Source: a virus
Lineage: Duplodnaviria > Caudoviricetes
Reading direction: 5' to 3' (one strand)
Length of the DNA: 64,000 bases
Virus record (IMG/VR): IMGVR_UViG_3300034073_003276
The notes below the pieces were generated by a model. The model saw only the letters and a list, made by a program, of their open reading frames with translations, was not told the DNA's origin and did not search any database. Below, one piece after another: positions 1 to 8,818 of the stretch. Numbering within the stretch: the stretch's first letter is position 1; the number at the start of each line of letters is the position of its first letter. Position numbers and translations under genes: made by a program.

Positions 1-627
1 ATCAAATCCTTTGTGCATTGATCCTTTGTTCCCATAGAGATTATCCTTAATATCATAAGGAGGATCGAGATACATAAAAGCACCTTTGTTTCCATCCATC
101 AGATAATCATAGGAGTAATTAGTTATACGCCATTTCTCAATTAGTTTAGAATATTCGGGCAGTTTTTCAATTCCACGAACACTAAAGTTACTATTAGATG
201 CTTGCTCAGAAAATGAAGATGATTCGGTCAAACCCGAAAAACTACACTTATTGACAATATAAAAAGCAACGGCACGATCAAGATTTGAGAGAAGTGGTTC
301 TCTCATAAAAACTTTTGAGTGATAAAACAATACTCTTGCTAAGTCTGGAGTGCTATTCTTAGACTTGTAATCTAGCAACTTATCTTTCATATCATTACCA
401 AACATCTGGAGTTGTTGCCAGAAGTTTACCAATGGTTCGTATAAGTCATTAACCCAAATATTCAAGTTAGGATACTTTTTGGTAATGTGAATTGCTACAC
501 TTCCTCCACCCAAAAAGGGTTCACGGAATTCATCATAGTTGCGAAGGTCTGGAAAGTAAGGGTCCATCTTGACGCAAGCACGGGACTTGCCGCCAGGGTA
601 CCTCAAAGGAGTTTTAAGAGATTTCAT
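1..627 (-). CDS. dam: DNA adenine methyltransferase (Dam/D12 class); 3' end runs off the window; not in the ORF track
   Basis: Manual translation from the ATG at 627: MKSLKTPLRYPGGKSRA...EPFLGGGSVA (motif I) ... MYLDPPY (DPPY catalytic motif at 55-66, same frame). Confidence 0.93.
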   Translation of the reverse strand, partial: MKSLKTPLRYPGGKSRACVKMDPYFPDLRNYDEFREPFLGGGSVAIHITKKYPNLNIWVNDLYEPLVNFWQQLQMFGNDMKDKLLDYKSKNSTPDLARVLFYHSKVFMREPLLSNLDRAVAFYIVNKCSFSGLTESSSFSEQASNSNFSVRGIEKLPEYSKLIEKWRITNYSYDYLMDGNKGAFMYLDPPYDIKDNLYGNKGSMHKGFD

Positions 628-823
628 AATCAGGTTTGTGATACTTCAAATACTCAAAAAATGTGAGTTTCATTTCTTTCTGCGTCATACCACAATGTTT
701 TGCAGCAGCAGGAAGAGTCATTTTAGCACGAAAGAGACCTTCATTTGCCTCTTTCACATTTTCGGGTGTTGTTTTGACTGGATGCACTATCAGTGATGCT
801 TTGTTGATTTTATATGGGTTCAT
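614..823 (-). CDS. hypothetical protein, 69 aa
   Basis: ORF tightly coupled to g44 (4-nt overlap) and overlapping the dam start. Confidence 0.7.
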   Translation of the reverse strand: MNPYKINKASLIVHPVKTTPENVKEANEGLFRAKMTLPAAAKHCGMTQKEMKLTFFEYLKYHKPDYEIS

Positions 824-1764
824 TGAAATTCACACTCACACATAATTTCAGTTAGGCAGGCAAGCATATTGATTTCTTGGTCTGCTACGAATGCTGACTG
901 ATACTGATACTTAGCAAGCACAAGCACAGCAGCAGGAATGCTATTGTTTTCAAGGGCATTATAAAGAGCATCGTAAATACGACGCAACAATACAGTAACA
1001 TCATTATCAAGATTAGATACCACCCACTTACGGACTTCAGAAAAATTCTTTTCTTTAAGGTTTTGGATAAGGTCATTTACAGCAACATCAGAAAAAGCAG
1101 CAAGAATACCAGAGTCGATTCTCCCACCAACAGAATATCGTTGGCACTCATTTAGAACTCTTCGGAAATCAGGGAAATGTTTTGAAACCAATTCCGCAAG
1201 GACTTTCTCATCGCACTCCACATTCTCCTTGACAAGGATTTGTTGAAGTCGTCGAAAGAAATTTCCTGCCAGTTTTGTTTTATCTTTTCCTTTGATTCCA
1301 AACTCAACGACGGCACATCGGGAGTGGAGAGGTTCGATGATTTTGTTTTTGTAGTTACAGGTGAAGATGAATCGGCAATTTCCAGCAAATTCCTCAATAA
1401 ACGCCCGTAGGAGGAGTTGAACGTCGTTTCCTGTGTTATCTGCTTCGTCAATAATGATGACTTTGTGTTTAGCATCTGACGAAAGCGATACGGTCGAAGC
1501 AAAGTTTTTCGCATTGTTTCGGACAGTATCGAGGAATCTACCCTCGTCGGATCCATTGATGACATATACATCTACTCCAAGTTCGTTACAAAGTGCCTTA
1601 GCAACTGTGGTCTTTCCAATACCAGGAGGACCAGCAAGAAGCATATTGGGAATTTCACCCTTATTTAGAAACTCCTGGAAAGTCTGTTTCGTACTTTCAG
1701 GAAGAATACAATCTTCAATTGTCTTTGGGGCATATTTTGCTACCCACAAAAAATCATTATTCAT
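820..1764 (-). CDS. g44: sliding clamp loader large subunit (gp44, RFC-like AAA+)
   Basis: LWVAKYAPKT, Walker A GPPGIGKT, Walker B IIIDEAD, SRC motif, FPDFRR. The ATG at 1764 is preferred over the TTG at 1776. Confidence 0.96.
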   Translation of the reverse strand: MNNDFLWVAKYAPKTIEDCILPESTKQTFQEFLNKGEIPNMLLAGPPGIGKTTVAKALCNELGVDVYVINGSDEGRFLDTVRNNAKNFASTVSLSSDAKHKVIIIDEADNTGNDVQLLLRAFIEEFAGNCRFIFTCNYKNKIIEPLHSRCAVVEFGIKGKDKTKLAGNFFRRLQQILVKENVECDEKVLAELVSKHFPDFRRVLNECQRYSVGGRIDSGILAAFSDVAVNDLIQNLKEKNFSEVRKWVVSNLDNDVTVLLRRIYDALYNALENNSIPAAVLVLAKYQYQSAFVADQEINMLACLTEIMCECEFQ

Positions 1765-1766
1765 AA

Positions 1767-2279
1767 TCAAATCCAAGATGGTTTTCTTTGTGGCATTCGA
1801 AGGTAATTGTCTTTCACCCAGGGTTTTGAGGCAATATACCTTTTATAAGCAGTGAATGTATCAATGCTTTCATCAAATTTCCATTCTTCAGGCATTGCCC
1901 TAGCAAATGGAGACACTTCTGTAATCTTACCCTTAGGAAACAAATAGTATGCATCCACAAGAGTTTTGTAACAGGAGTGAGTTTTATTATACCGCAGGCA
2001 GTATTCATCTGACAAATTCAATCCCCATTTGATTAACCAATAGGCATTATGGATGCTTTCCATTGCCCACTTGGTGCAGGGATGATTGCGGAATGCTCCT
2101 TTCTCGGTCTTGTAGGGAGTGCCATCCTCTTTGGGGAGAGTGCCATATCCGTGCCCCCACTTCTTTGATGCCACGATAGAGAGCATCTGACAGCACTCTA
2201 GAGGCATTTTAACAATGTGTTTGTCAGGGAGACATATGGCACTCTCAGCAGGCCAAGGAGAAGTAACGAAGATATTCAT
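1767..2279 (-). CDS. putative pyrimidine-dimer DNA glycosylase-like (endonuclease V family-related) protein
   Basis: N-terminal MNIF..P...A..LPDKHIVKMPLECCQMLS and NHPCTKW pattern typical of this phage/bacterial family; motif recall only. Confidence 0.55.
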   Translation of the reverse strand: MNIFVTSPWPAESAICLPDKHIVKMPLECCQMLSIVASKKWGHGYGTLPKEDGTPYKTEKGAFRNHPCTKWAMESIHNAYWLIKWGLNLSDEYCLRYNKTHSCYKTLVDAYYLFPKGKITEVSPFARAMPEEWKFDESIDTFTAYKRYIASKPWVKDNYLRMPQRKPSWI

Positions 2280-2692
2280 CAGAAACAGAACTTTTTCAAA
2301 TAATAATTTACTTCTTCAGGTTTGTCTTCTAAGTAGTATGCTTCCATCTCATAAATGGTATGCTGATTGCTACTAGACCTCACAGAATTTTTAACATCAA
2401 TTAATTTATTTGGAGGAAGATTGATGTTTTTTATTCCTAAAGGTCCACCCTTACAAGATTGTGCAACATGAACTGCTTCGTGATACACAGTTTCATTAAT
2501 ATAAAAGGAGGATGGGCTTATCCTATTTTTAATGTTATTGGTGCAGATTACAAAATTTGGACTTCTAGCAAATCCAAATAACTCCTTGTCTCTACATACT
2601 GCACCATTCTCAACGACATTAAAGTTTTTCATCATAACGCGATTGATTATTTCATTACCAATCGGTGTCAAATAAAGAAGAAAGTCCATCAA
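2279..2692 (-). CDS. hypothetical protein with HExxH motif (zincin-like)
   Basis: ETVYHEAVHVAQ plus downstream YEMEAY; coupled to both neighbours. Confidence 0.6.
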   Translation of the reverse strand: MMDFLLYLTPIGNEIINRVMMKNFNVVENGAVCRDKELFGFARSPNFVICTNNIKNRISPSSFYINETVYHEAVHVAQSCKGGPLGIKNINLPPNKLIDVKNSVRSSSNQHTIYEMEAYYLEDKPEEVNYYLKKFCF

Positions 2693-3375
2693 CCAAAAGT
2701 AGAATCAGGTTCGAGAGCAATATAATAGGTGAGATTGTATTTGGTATTGGTAAACTGTGACAGAAGTTTAGAAGACACCACAACATCATAGGCACCAGGA
2801 ATAATCTTGATGTTTTCTACCTTGAAGTTGAAAGTAAACTCTTGGTCAGTCTCACCAACCACAATAGCATATTCGTTAGAAGTATCATTCTTCTTATCAC
2901 GCACCACCAGTTTCACAACACCCGCCTCACCAATAGCAGAAAGGTCAGGGAGTTGATATACTGCTGCTGCTTTCACCAGTTTCTCCAGAGAAGTGCTATC
3001 CAGTTGGAAACAAACATCCTGAGAAGGAAGTTGAATATCTTTATCGGGAGGAGAGATGATTACATTAGGGTCGGCAAAGAAATACTTGACACGACGCTTA
3101 CCTTCTTTGATGCTCAGATAGGAATCTTCTTTGAAATCAAGGTCAGGATCACTGTGAAGACTCAAACCATTCAGAAACTGATTGAGATCATAAATGGCAA
3201 AGTCACGGGGAAACTCTTCAGTAATATCTGCTTCTGCAAGAATATTCTTGGCAACAGAAATCGTGCGGAGTTTATTACCCTGCTTCACAAGAATAGAGTT
3301 GTTGATGCCAGCAAAGTTCTTGAGAATAGTCAGGGTGTTGTCAGAAAGTTTCATAGTTTTGTCTTGGATTTTCAT
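2689..3375 (-). CDS. g45: DNA polymerase sliding clamp (gp45)
   Basis: MKLSDNTLTILKNFAGINNSI...FAIYDLNQFL...YYIALEPDS; lies upstream of g44. Confidence 0.96.
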   Translation of the reverse strand: MKIQDKTMKLSDNTLTILKNFAGINNSILVKQGNKLRTISVAKNILAEADITEEFPRDFAIYDLNQFLNGLSLHSDPDLDFKEDSYLSIKEGKRRVKYFFADPNVIISPPDKDIQLPSQDVCFQLDSTSLEKLVKAAAVYQLPDLSAIGEAGVVKLVVRDKKNDTSNEYAIVVGETDQEFTFNFKVENIKIIPGAYDVVVSSKLLSQFTNTKYNLTYYIALEPDSTFG

Positions 3376-3377
3376 AA

Positions 3378-3791
3378 TCAGCGAGAGAATTCAGTTAGAC
3401 CATTATCTTTGCGAGTATAATGCCCATCAAAGTGGAGCAGAAGCATAGCATAATGAATCACTTTCATCAAGTCACGCTTGTTACGCCCATCTTTGTCACC
3501 ATAACGACTTCCATATTTCAGTATATTTGCTTGACAGAAACCAGCGGCAAGTTTCTTCGCTGCCATCAAATCAATAGTTTGGATGTCATTATAACCATCC
3601 TCATCTCCACAGTAGTGACCGTGATAGGTGCTGGTAACATAATCCTGAACGTCTTTCAGGATTTTATCTTCATTATATTTCCAAAGATGATTAGTAGATT
3701 CGTTCATAGTTACAGGTCGTTTTTCAATTTCAATCATATCGTTTGTGTTGACTGAAAACACATATTCAGTTCCGTAAGGGTACTCATCCAT
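3378..3791 (-). CDS. DUF3310-like protein, about 137 aa
   Basis: HY...IQTIDLM...GFCQANILKYGSRYGDKDG..DLMKVIHY pattern. The ORF-track extension to 4130 overlaps the AAA gene and is unlikely; TATAAT at 3820-3825 supports a start at or below 3791. Confidence 0.65.
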   Translation of the reverse strand: MDEYPYGTEYVFSVNTNDMIEIEKRPVTMNESTNHLWKYNEDKILKDVQDYVTSTYHGHYCGDEDGYNDIQTIDLMAAKKLAAGFCQANILKYGSRYGDKDGRNKRDLMKVIHYAMLLLHFDGHYTRKDNGLTEFSR

Positions 3792-3825
3792 AATAAAGTG
3801 GCATAATTTACCTATCCCAATTATA

Positions 3826-4938
3826 TCAGAAAGGAGCGGGAGATGCAACTTCCTCAGAAGATTGCTCAACAGGCATTTGGAAATCAGCATCCACTTTATC
3901 GTAGAGTTCAAGAAATGCTTGCTTGGTTTCGTCATCAAAACGATTGACACACACTTGGATTGCTTTTGCCTTGTCCTTGAAGATGCTATAAGCACGAATA
4001 ATGTGAACAAGACGGCGGGTGCTGATGATTTCCTCAATACCACCATCGTAGAAGGTCTTGCGGATAATGTCTGCCCAATCAACCAACCGCTTACAGAAGT
4101 CGCGGTCTTCCACACCCAAGTCCAGAGCAACCCCTTCTAGAATCTTCTGCTCAGTGGCAGGAGCAGGATAGGACTGCTCAAAGGTTACAGGGAAACGCTC
4201 AAGGAATGCCTCATTGAGCACATTGGTGCCGATGAAGCGTCCATCGTCAGAACCTTTACCCTTGGTGTTTGCAGTAGCAATCACATTAAAACCAGCAGCA
4301 GGTTTCACCCAGCGACCAATCTTTTTCAGGAAGACACCTTTACCTTCTAGAATAGACTGAAGGCAGAGGATTTTGTTGGAAGCAAGGTCGATTTCATCCA
4401 GGAGAAGGATTGCTCCTCGCTCAAGTGCTTCGATGACGGGACCGTTATGCCATGCAGTGTTCCCATCAACAAGCCTAAAACCACCGATAAGATCATCTTC
4501 ATCAGTTTCAATAGTAATGTTTACACGAATCAATTCACGCTTAAGTTGAGCACACGCTTGCTCCACACTGAACGTTTTACCATTACCCGAAAGACCCGTA
4601 ATAAACGTAGGGTAAAAGAGATTGGACTGAATAATTTTCTTAATATCGTTGAAATTACCAAACTTGACGAAGGTATCATCTTTTTCTGGAATAAGGTTTT
4701 GTTCCACAGCAGGGAGAGCAGCACGTGCCTGATAAGAACGCTCAATCTCTTCGACACGTTCTTGAGTCACTTCCAAGTTCCAACGACCACGAGCAGTCTT
4801 GTAACTGGCAAGTTTGTTGGTGACAGTCTGGTAGTTGGTGCTATTCATCGCACACCAAGCACGAATGTCTGCAGCAGTCACAGAGTCGCCATACAGACTT
4901 TGGAGAGAAGTGCGGATGTAATCAGCAGAGAGGGACAT
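3826..4938 (-). CDS. cobS: MoxR/CobS-like AAA+ ATPase
   Basis: Walker A GLSGNGKT, DLIGG, Walker B LLLDEID, ATANTKG, NEAFLERF, ISTRRL (sensor II). The symbol follows the customary cyanophage annotation; function is unproven. Confidence 0.88.
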   Translation of the reverse strand: MSLSADYIRTSLQSLYGDSVTAADIRAWCAMNSTNYQTVTNKLASYKTARGRWNLEVTQERVEEIERSYQARAALPAVEQNLIPEKDDTFVKFGNFNDIKKIIQSNLFYPTFITGLSGNGKTFSVEQACAQLKRELIRVNITIETDEDDLIGGFRLVDGNTAWHNGPVIEALERGAILLLDEIDLASNKILCLQSILEGKGVFLKKIGRWVKPAAGFNVIATANTKGKGSDDGRFIGTNVLNEAFLERFPVTFEQSYPAPATEQKILEGVALDLGVEDRDFCKRLVDWADIIRKTFYDGGIEEIISTRRLVHIIRAYSIFKDKAKAIQVCVNRFDDETKQAFLELYDKVDADFQMPVEQSSEEVASPAPF

Positions 4939-4973
4939 AATGAAGTTGGAGGTCGTTTCGTTTCAACAAAGTA

Positions 4974-5032
4974 ATTATACAAGAAAAAAGGGGGCAACCA
5001 AGTGCCTCCTGTGACAGTTTTAAGACTGGACA
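4974..5032 (-). promoter_or_regulatory. sigma70-type early promoter element (CTGTCACA box, G/C-rich spacer, T-run, TATAAT)
   Basis: Minus strand TGTCCAGTCTTAAAACTGTCACAGGAGGCACTTGGTTGCCCCCCTTTTTTCTTGTATAAT; the -10 is about 35 nt upstream of the cobS start. Confidence 0.7.
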
Positions 5033-5211
5033 TGCTGATTTCGCAACTCATTCAAATAATCCTCACTCGCAATATGAGGAGTGTATCCAGGATAAAATTG
5101 CTTAACAATAGAACTAATACCCATCGCAGTAATCGCACTATCACACTTTACCCAGACTTCTTTAGTATCGTATTTAACGACGTGTTCAAATGGAAATTTA
5201 GTCTTCTTCAT
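5020..5211 (-). CDS. hypothetical protein, 63 aa (MKKTKFPFEHVV...)
   Basis: ATG at 5211 overlapping the 3' end of the upstream gene. Confidence 0.65.
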   Translation of the reverse strand: MKKTKFPFEHVVKYDTKEVWVKCDSAITAMGISSIVKQFYPGYTPHIASEDYLNELRNQHVQS

Positions 5212-5755
5212 AAGTAAATGTTTTGTTTTTGACTTTTGTATCAAACTCACCAGTTCTTCCTGGTTTCATTTTACCAACTCCAACATTCTTTCCTTTACCA
5301 GGCCAAGATGTTTTTGAAGTTCCTTTAAGTGTAGCAGACCCTTTTGGTTTACGTTGAATCAATACAGAATCTTGGTCGTCTTTGGATGAACCCTTTACAT
5401 TACGCTTGTGCTTTAATCCACCTTCGGTTCCAAGTTTCTCTACTGTCTTCTTAAACTTCCTCTTACCCATTTTACCAGAAGAAACTACGTGAGATTTTTC
5501 ACCCACTTTTTTCTCTTCTGGAGTTCCTGGGTTTTCAGTGTAACGTCCAGATACTTTAGTAGGTCCTGGAAGACCAGCACCTCTAATTCTTCTTTCGGTT
5601 CTTGCAGACCTTTCCTTGTTTTCTTTTTTAGATTTGTCCCCCCTTTGACCTGAAAGAATCGCTATTCCACCCTTTTCAGACTTTCTCATTACACGAGTAA
5701 GAGAAGTCTCTTGGATAGAATAACATTCTATCATAAATTCTTGAAAAGTCTTCAT
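5198..5755 (-). CDS. basic protein with N-terminal capsid-targeting-like sequence MKTFQEFMIE (candidate internal head protein)
   Basis: N-terminus resembles T4 internal-protein CTS MKTYQEFIAE; late-type CTAAATA at 5776-5782 just upstream. Confidence 0.65.
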   Translation of the reverse strand: MKTFQEFMIECYSIQETSLTRVMRKSEKGGIAILSGQRGDKSKKENKERSARTERRIRGAGLPGPTKVSGRYTENPGTPEEKKVGEKSHVVSSGKMGKRKFKKTVEKLGTEGGLKHKRNVKGSSKDDQDSVLIQRKPKGSATLKGTSKTSWPGKGKNVGVGKMKPGRTGEFDTKVKNKTFTYEED

Positions 5756-5782
5756 TTTTACAGACACTTTTTGAATATTTAG

Positions 5783-7939
5783 TTATGCAACCAACTCCAC
5801 AAACTCACCAAGAATCTTTTTATTCATCTTCTTAGTTTTGAGACTTTTCACAAAAGCAGATTTGATTTGTGCCTTTGTGGCATCATCCGCAACCTCAAAT
5901 TCAGATTCCTGAGAAAGAGTTGCTGAAGAAAGACCAAAGTAAGAATGATATCCAGAAGACTTGATAGTAAATGCCTTTTCTTTCTTCCAGGAATTCATTA
6001 CCTTATCATACTCAGTGCCATAATATCCGCAGTATTGACGAATAAAAGCACCAGCATCACGGGATTGGAGCACACGAATACCAATAAAATTAATGTCGGT
6101 AAACCTGTCCCTCAGATTGCGAAGAAGAATATTGGTGAAATCATGATACTCACAATCGCAAGAATAGGTCATTCCAGTCTTACGGTCACGGATAAAAGCA
6201 TTCGGTCCAATATGTGCCGTTCCCAGATAAGGTTCTTCCTCCCACCGACGTTGGACTTCACGATGATACTTGAGAAGGCATCCTTCACCATCGGTCAAAA
6301 TTACACACTGGACTTTCTGGAGTTTGTTTTCTTTCTGGAATTTAGGAAGAATTTGATGTAGAGCAATCAGAGACTCATTCAAAGGCGTGCCAGAAAGACT
6401 CATACCTACAGGAGCAGCATAATAACAGTGAGAGTTGTAACGGAAAGAAGCAGCAAGACGGAAGATATTCCTCATCTGCTCATCCAGAGTCTTACCATTC
6501 ACTTTGCTGGTAAGAAGATTCATCAGAGAAAACCATTCACCAACTTGTACAAGACCATTCTTCTTTTTGTAAGCAAGTTCACGATAACTTGCCTTGCCTT
6601 GCTCATCATACCTCACCAAAGGATAATCAGTCGTGAAAGCATAAACCTCAAAGGGAATATTGACTTTCTTACAAAACCAGACAAGGTTGAAGAGTTGCTT
6701 GACAGTATCCAACATCACATCAGACATTGACCCAGACCAGTCAAGAATAAACACCAGACCGTGATTCTTACCATCGGCAAGGGTGGTTACCTTCTTGAAA
6801 ATATCTTCATTGTATTTGTAGGTATGAAGTTTGGAGCAATCCAATACACCAGTGCGGGAAGTTGTGGCACGAGCATAGGAATCTGCTGCCTTGCGACACT
6901 CAAACTCTTTCACAAGATAGTTGACTTCCTTTTGTGCCGACCGTTTGAATTCTACAAACTCCTTATCAACTTGACCAAAGATATTTTCGTAAGAATATTC
7001 CCTCTCCTCAAGAAAACTATCCCAAGAATTCTTACAATTATCGTGAATTTCTTGGTTAGGGACAATGACTTTATCCAATTCAAGTTTAGGCAATTCAAGA
7101 TAGACATTCTCATATCCATCATTATTGACAAGTTCTTTCAGTGCCTCTTCCAGAGACTCCATTGTCTTGACTTCAGGTTCTTCATCTTTTTCACCACCCC
7201 CATTTGAGGGTTGCTGTTGAGGTTTCTGCTGAGGATTTTCCTCAGAAGAGGGAGCACCTTCAGACCCTTCAGATTCAGGTTGGTCGTTTTCACCTTCCTG
7301 CTGGTCGATAAAATCAGAGGCAGGTTGCTGACTCGCACCACTGTCCTGCGACTCCAGATTATCCAGAGAAATCTTGGTTTCTTCCTGCTGCTTTTGCTTA
7401 CAATACTTATACAGTGCTTCTGCTGCCACCAGCACATCAGCAAAGGTCTCAGTATCAGCAATCAGATTGATGATTTCAGTCTCTTCACCACGCTCAATGG
7501 GAATATCAATATAGTTTCCAATCTTGAACCAGAGGTTAGCACGGTCGGCAAGATTATAGGTTTCGATTTTGTCATCTTTGATTTGAAAGAAGTCATCATC
7601 AGCAAGTTCTTTATATCCATTGAAGAAAGTCTTTGCCAGACCAGCATAACGACGTTTCATCAGTTTCTCAATGCGAGCATCCTCAACCACATTCACAAAC
7701 TGTGGAGGAATCTTGTGCTCCTTCAACCAATCCTCATCGGGCGTTTCCAATGCGTGTCCGCACTCGTGGGCGACAAGAAGGTCATACACAGTGTTGCTTG
7801 CCTTTTCCCACATTGGAAGAGTCAGCACACGAGTGTGGACATTGAAGCAAGCAGTCTCTACTTTCTTATGCTCTACCACCAAATCCTCAGTGGCAAGCAG
7901 TTTAGCAAGTTGAGATTTGATTTCGTGGCGGACGGTCAT
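5783..7939 (-). CDS. metallopeptidase (HExxH) plus VWA-domain protein, 718 aa; likely partner of the MoxR AAA+
   Basis: AHECGH, VEDARIE, acidic linker, VWA MIDAS DWSGSM ... LSGTPL ... ILTDGEG. Confidence 0.85.
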   Translation of the reverse strand: MTVRHEIKSQLAKLLATEDLVVEHKKVETACFNVHTRVLTLPMWEKASNTVYDLLVAHECGHALETPDEDWLKEHKIPPQFVNVVEDARIEKLMKRRYAGLAKTFFNGYKELADDDFFQIKDDKIETYNLADRANLWFKIGNYIDIPIERGEETEIINLIADTETFADVLVAAEALYKYCKQKQQEETKISLDNLESQDSGASQQPASDFIDQQEGENDQPESEGSEGAPSSEENPQQKPQQQPSNGGGEKDEEPEVKTMESLEEALKELVNNDGYENVYLELPKLELDKVIVPNQEIHDNCKNSWDSFLEEREYSYENIFGQVDKEFVEFKRSAQKEVNYLVKEFECRKAADSYARATTSRTGVLDCSKLHTYKYNEDIFKKVTTLADGKNHGLVFILDWSGSMSDVMLDTVKQLFNLVWFCKKVNIPFEVYAFTTDYPLVRYDEQGKASYRELAYKKKNGLVQVGEWFSLMNLLTSKVNGKTLDEQMRNIFRLAASFRYNSHCYYAAPVGMSLSGTPLNESLIALHQILPKFQKENKLQKVQCVILTDGEGCLLKYHREVQRRWEEEPYLGTAHIGPNAFIRDRKTGMTYSCDCEYHDFTNILLRNLRDRFTDINFIGIRVLQSRDAGAFIRQYCGYYGTEYDKVMNSWKKEKAFTIKSSGYHSYFGLSSATLSQESEFEVADDATKAQIKSAFVKSLKTKKMNKKILGEFVELVA

Positions 7940-7960
7940 AGATTTGTTTCAGATGCCCTT

Positions 7961-8016
7961 ATTATACAAAAAAAGGAGGTCTTGCGACCTCCCAGTGGAC
8001 AGTTTGGAAAGTGGAC
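7961..8016 (-). promoter_or_regulatory. terminator-like stem-loop fused to an early promoter
   Basis: Minus strand GTCCACTTTCCAAACTGTCCACTG-GGAGGTC GCAA GACCTCC-TTTTTTT-GTATAAT, then ATG at 7939. Confidence 0.75.
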
Positions 8017-8790
8017 TCAGGCACCTTTTACCTGAGAAGATGCTCCAGATCCACCTTTCTTTTCTTGCTCAATTTTTTCTCTTTCTTGCTGACGGACTTT
8101 TTCAGTCTGTCTTCTTTGAAGTTCTGCACCAGCCATATTAGCACCGAAAGAACCATATGCTTCAACAATATTCTGCTTCCACTCTTCACTCATATTTGCC
8201 ATAATAGCAAGTGCTGCTTGATTGGTGTCAGCATAACCTTCGGCAACTAGGTGCTCTAGAATAACATCAAAAATATCAACTTCTTCCTTGCGAAGTTTTG
8301 CTAATACTGCACCAGCAACTTTCTTACCACGCTCCTCTGACCCATAACGCTCACCTGCTTCTTTAGCAATTTTGGAAAACATCTTTCCAGGTTTTCCAAT
8401 GTCCTCACCTGCTCTTGCTTTCTTAGCAGAGTAAGAAACTTCTTCTTTCATTTTCTTTTCTTCTGGACTAGAACCAAAAGTGCTATGGACCAGTTTATCT
8501 AACTTTGTATGAAACTTTTCTTCTTTCTTTTTAGGAACTCCACCATTCTTTGCTTCTTCAGCAAGTTTTAACTCATTTGGAGCATACTTAACTTTCTTAC
8601 CGTCTTCACGCTTCACAGTATAATACTTCTCATCTTCCTTACCATCAGGTTTGTCAAGTTTAACAACCTCACCTTCCATTCCACTCTTCTTACAAACAAC
8701 TTCATCACCAACTTTAAAGTGTGATTCGGAAAGATTAGCATAAATGGAAGAATATGCTTCCATTAATCCTACAATTTCTTGATTTCTCAT
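8017..8790 (-). CDS. modular hypothetical protein, 257 aa, late-expressed (candidate internal head protein)
   Basis: Perfect TATAAATA at 8811-8818 upstream; modules separated by LME/LSE/LAE/MKE/IVE sites. Confidence 0.7.
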   Translation of the reverse strand: MRNQEIVGLMEAYSSIYANLSESHFKVGDEVVCKKSGMEGEVVKLDKPDGKEDEKYYTVKREDGKKVKYAPNELKLAEEAKNGGVPKKKEEKFHTKLDKLVHSTFGSSPEEKKMKEEVSYSAKKARAGEDIGKPGKMFSKIAKEAGERYGSEERGKKVAGAVLAKLRKEEVDIFDVILEHLVAEGYADTNQAALAIMANMSEEWKQNIVEAYGSFGANMAGAELQRRQTEKVRQQEREKIEQEKKGGSGASSQVKGA

Positions 8791-8810
8791 TTTTTATAAG
8801 ACTTTTTAGG

Positions 8811-8818
8811 TATTTATA
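8811..8818 (-). promoter_or_regulatory. T4-type late promoter TATAAATA
   Basis: Exact consensus about 20 nt upstream of the ATG at 8790. Confidence 0.8.

Noticed and set aside
3792-4130. N-terminal extension of the 250-aa ORF in the track
   Set aside because: It overlaps the AAA ATPase coding sequence in another frame; a -10 at 3820-3825 supports a later start.
3826-4938. Cobalamin biosynthesis (true cobaltochelatase CobS)
   Set aside because: No cobN or other cob genes are in the window; the sequence supports only a generic MoxR-type AAA+.
2842-8250. Long plus-strand ORFs (2842-3420, 4447-4974, 7211-8035 and others)
   Set aside because: Antisense shadows of well-supported minus-strand genes, with no motifs.
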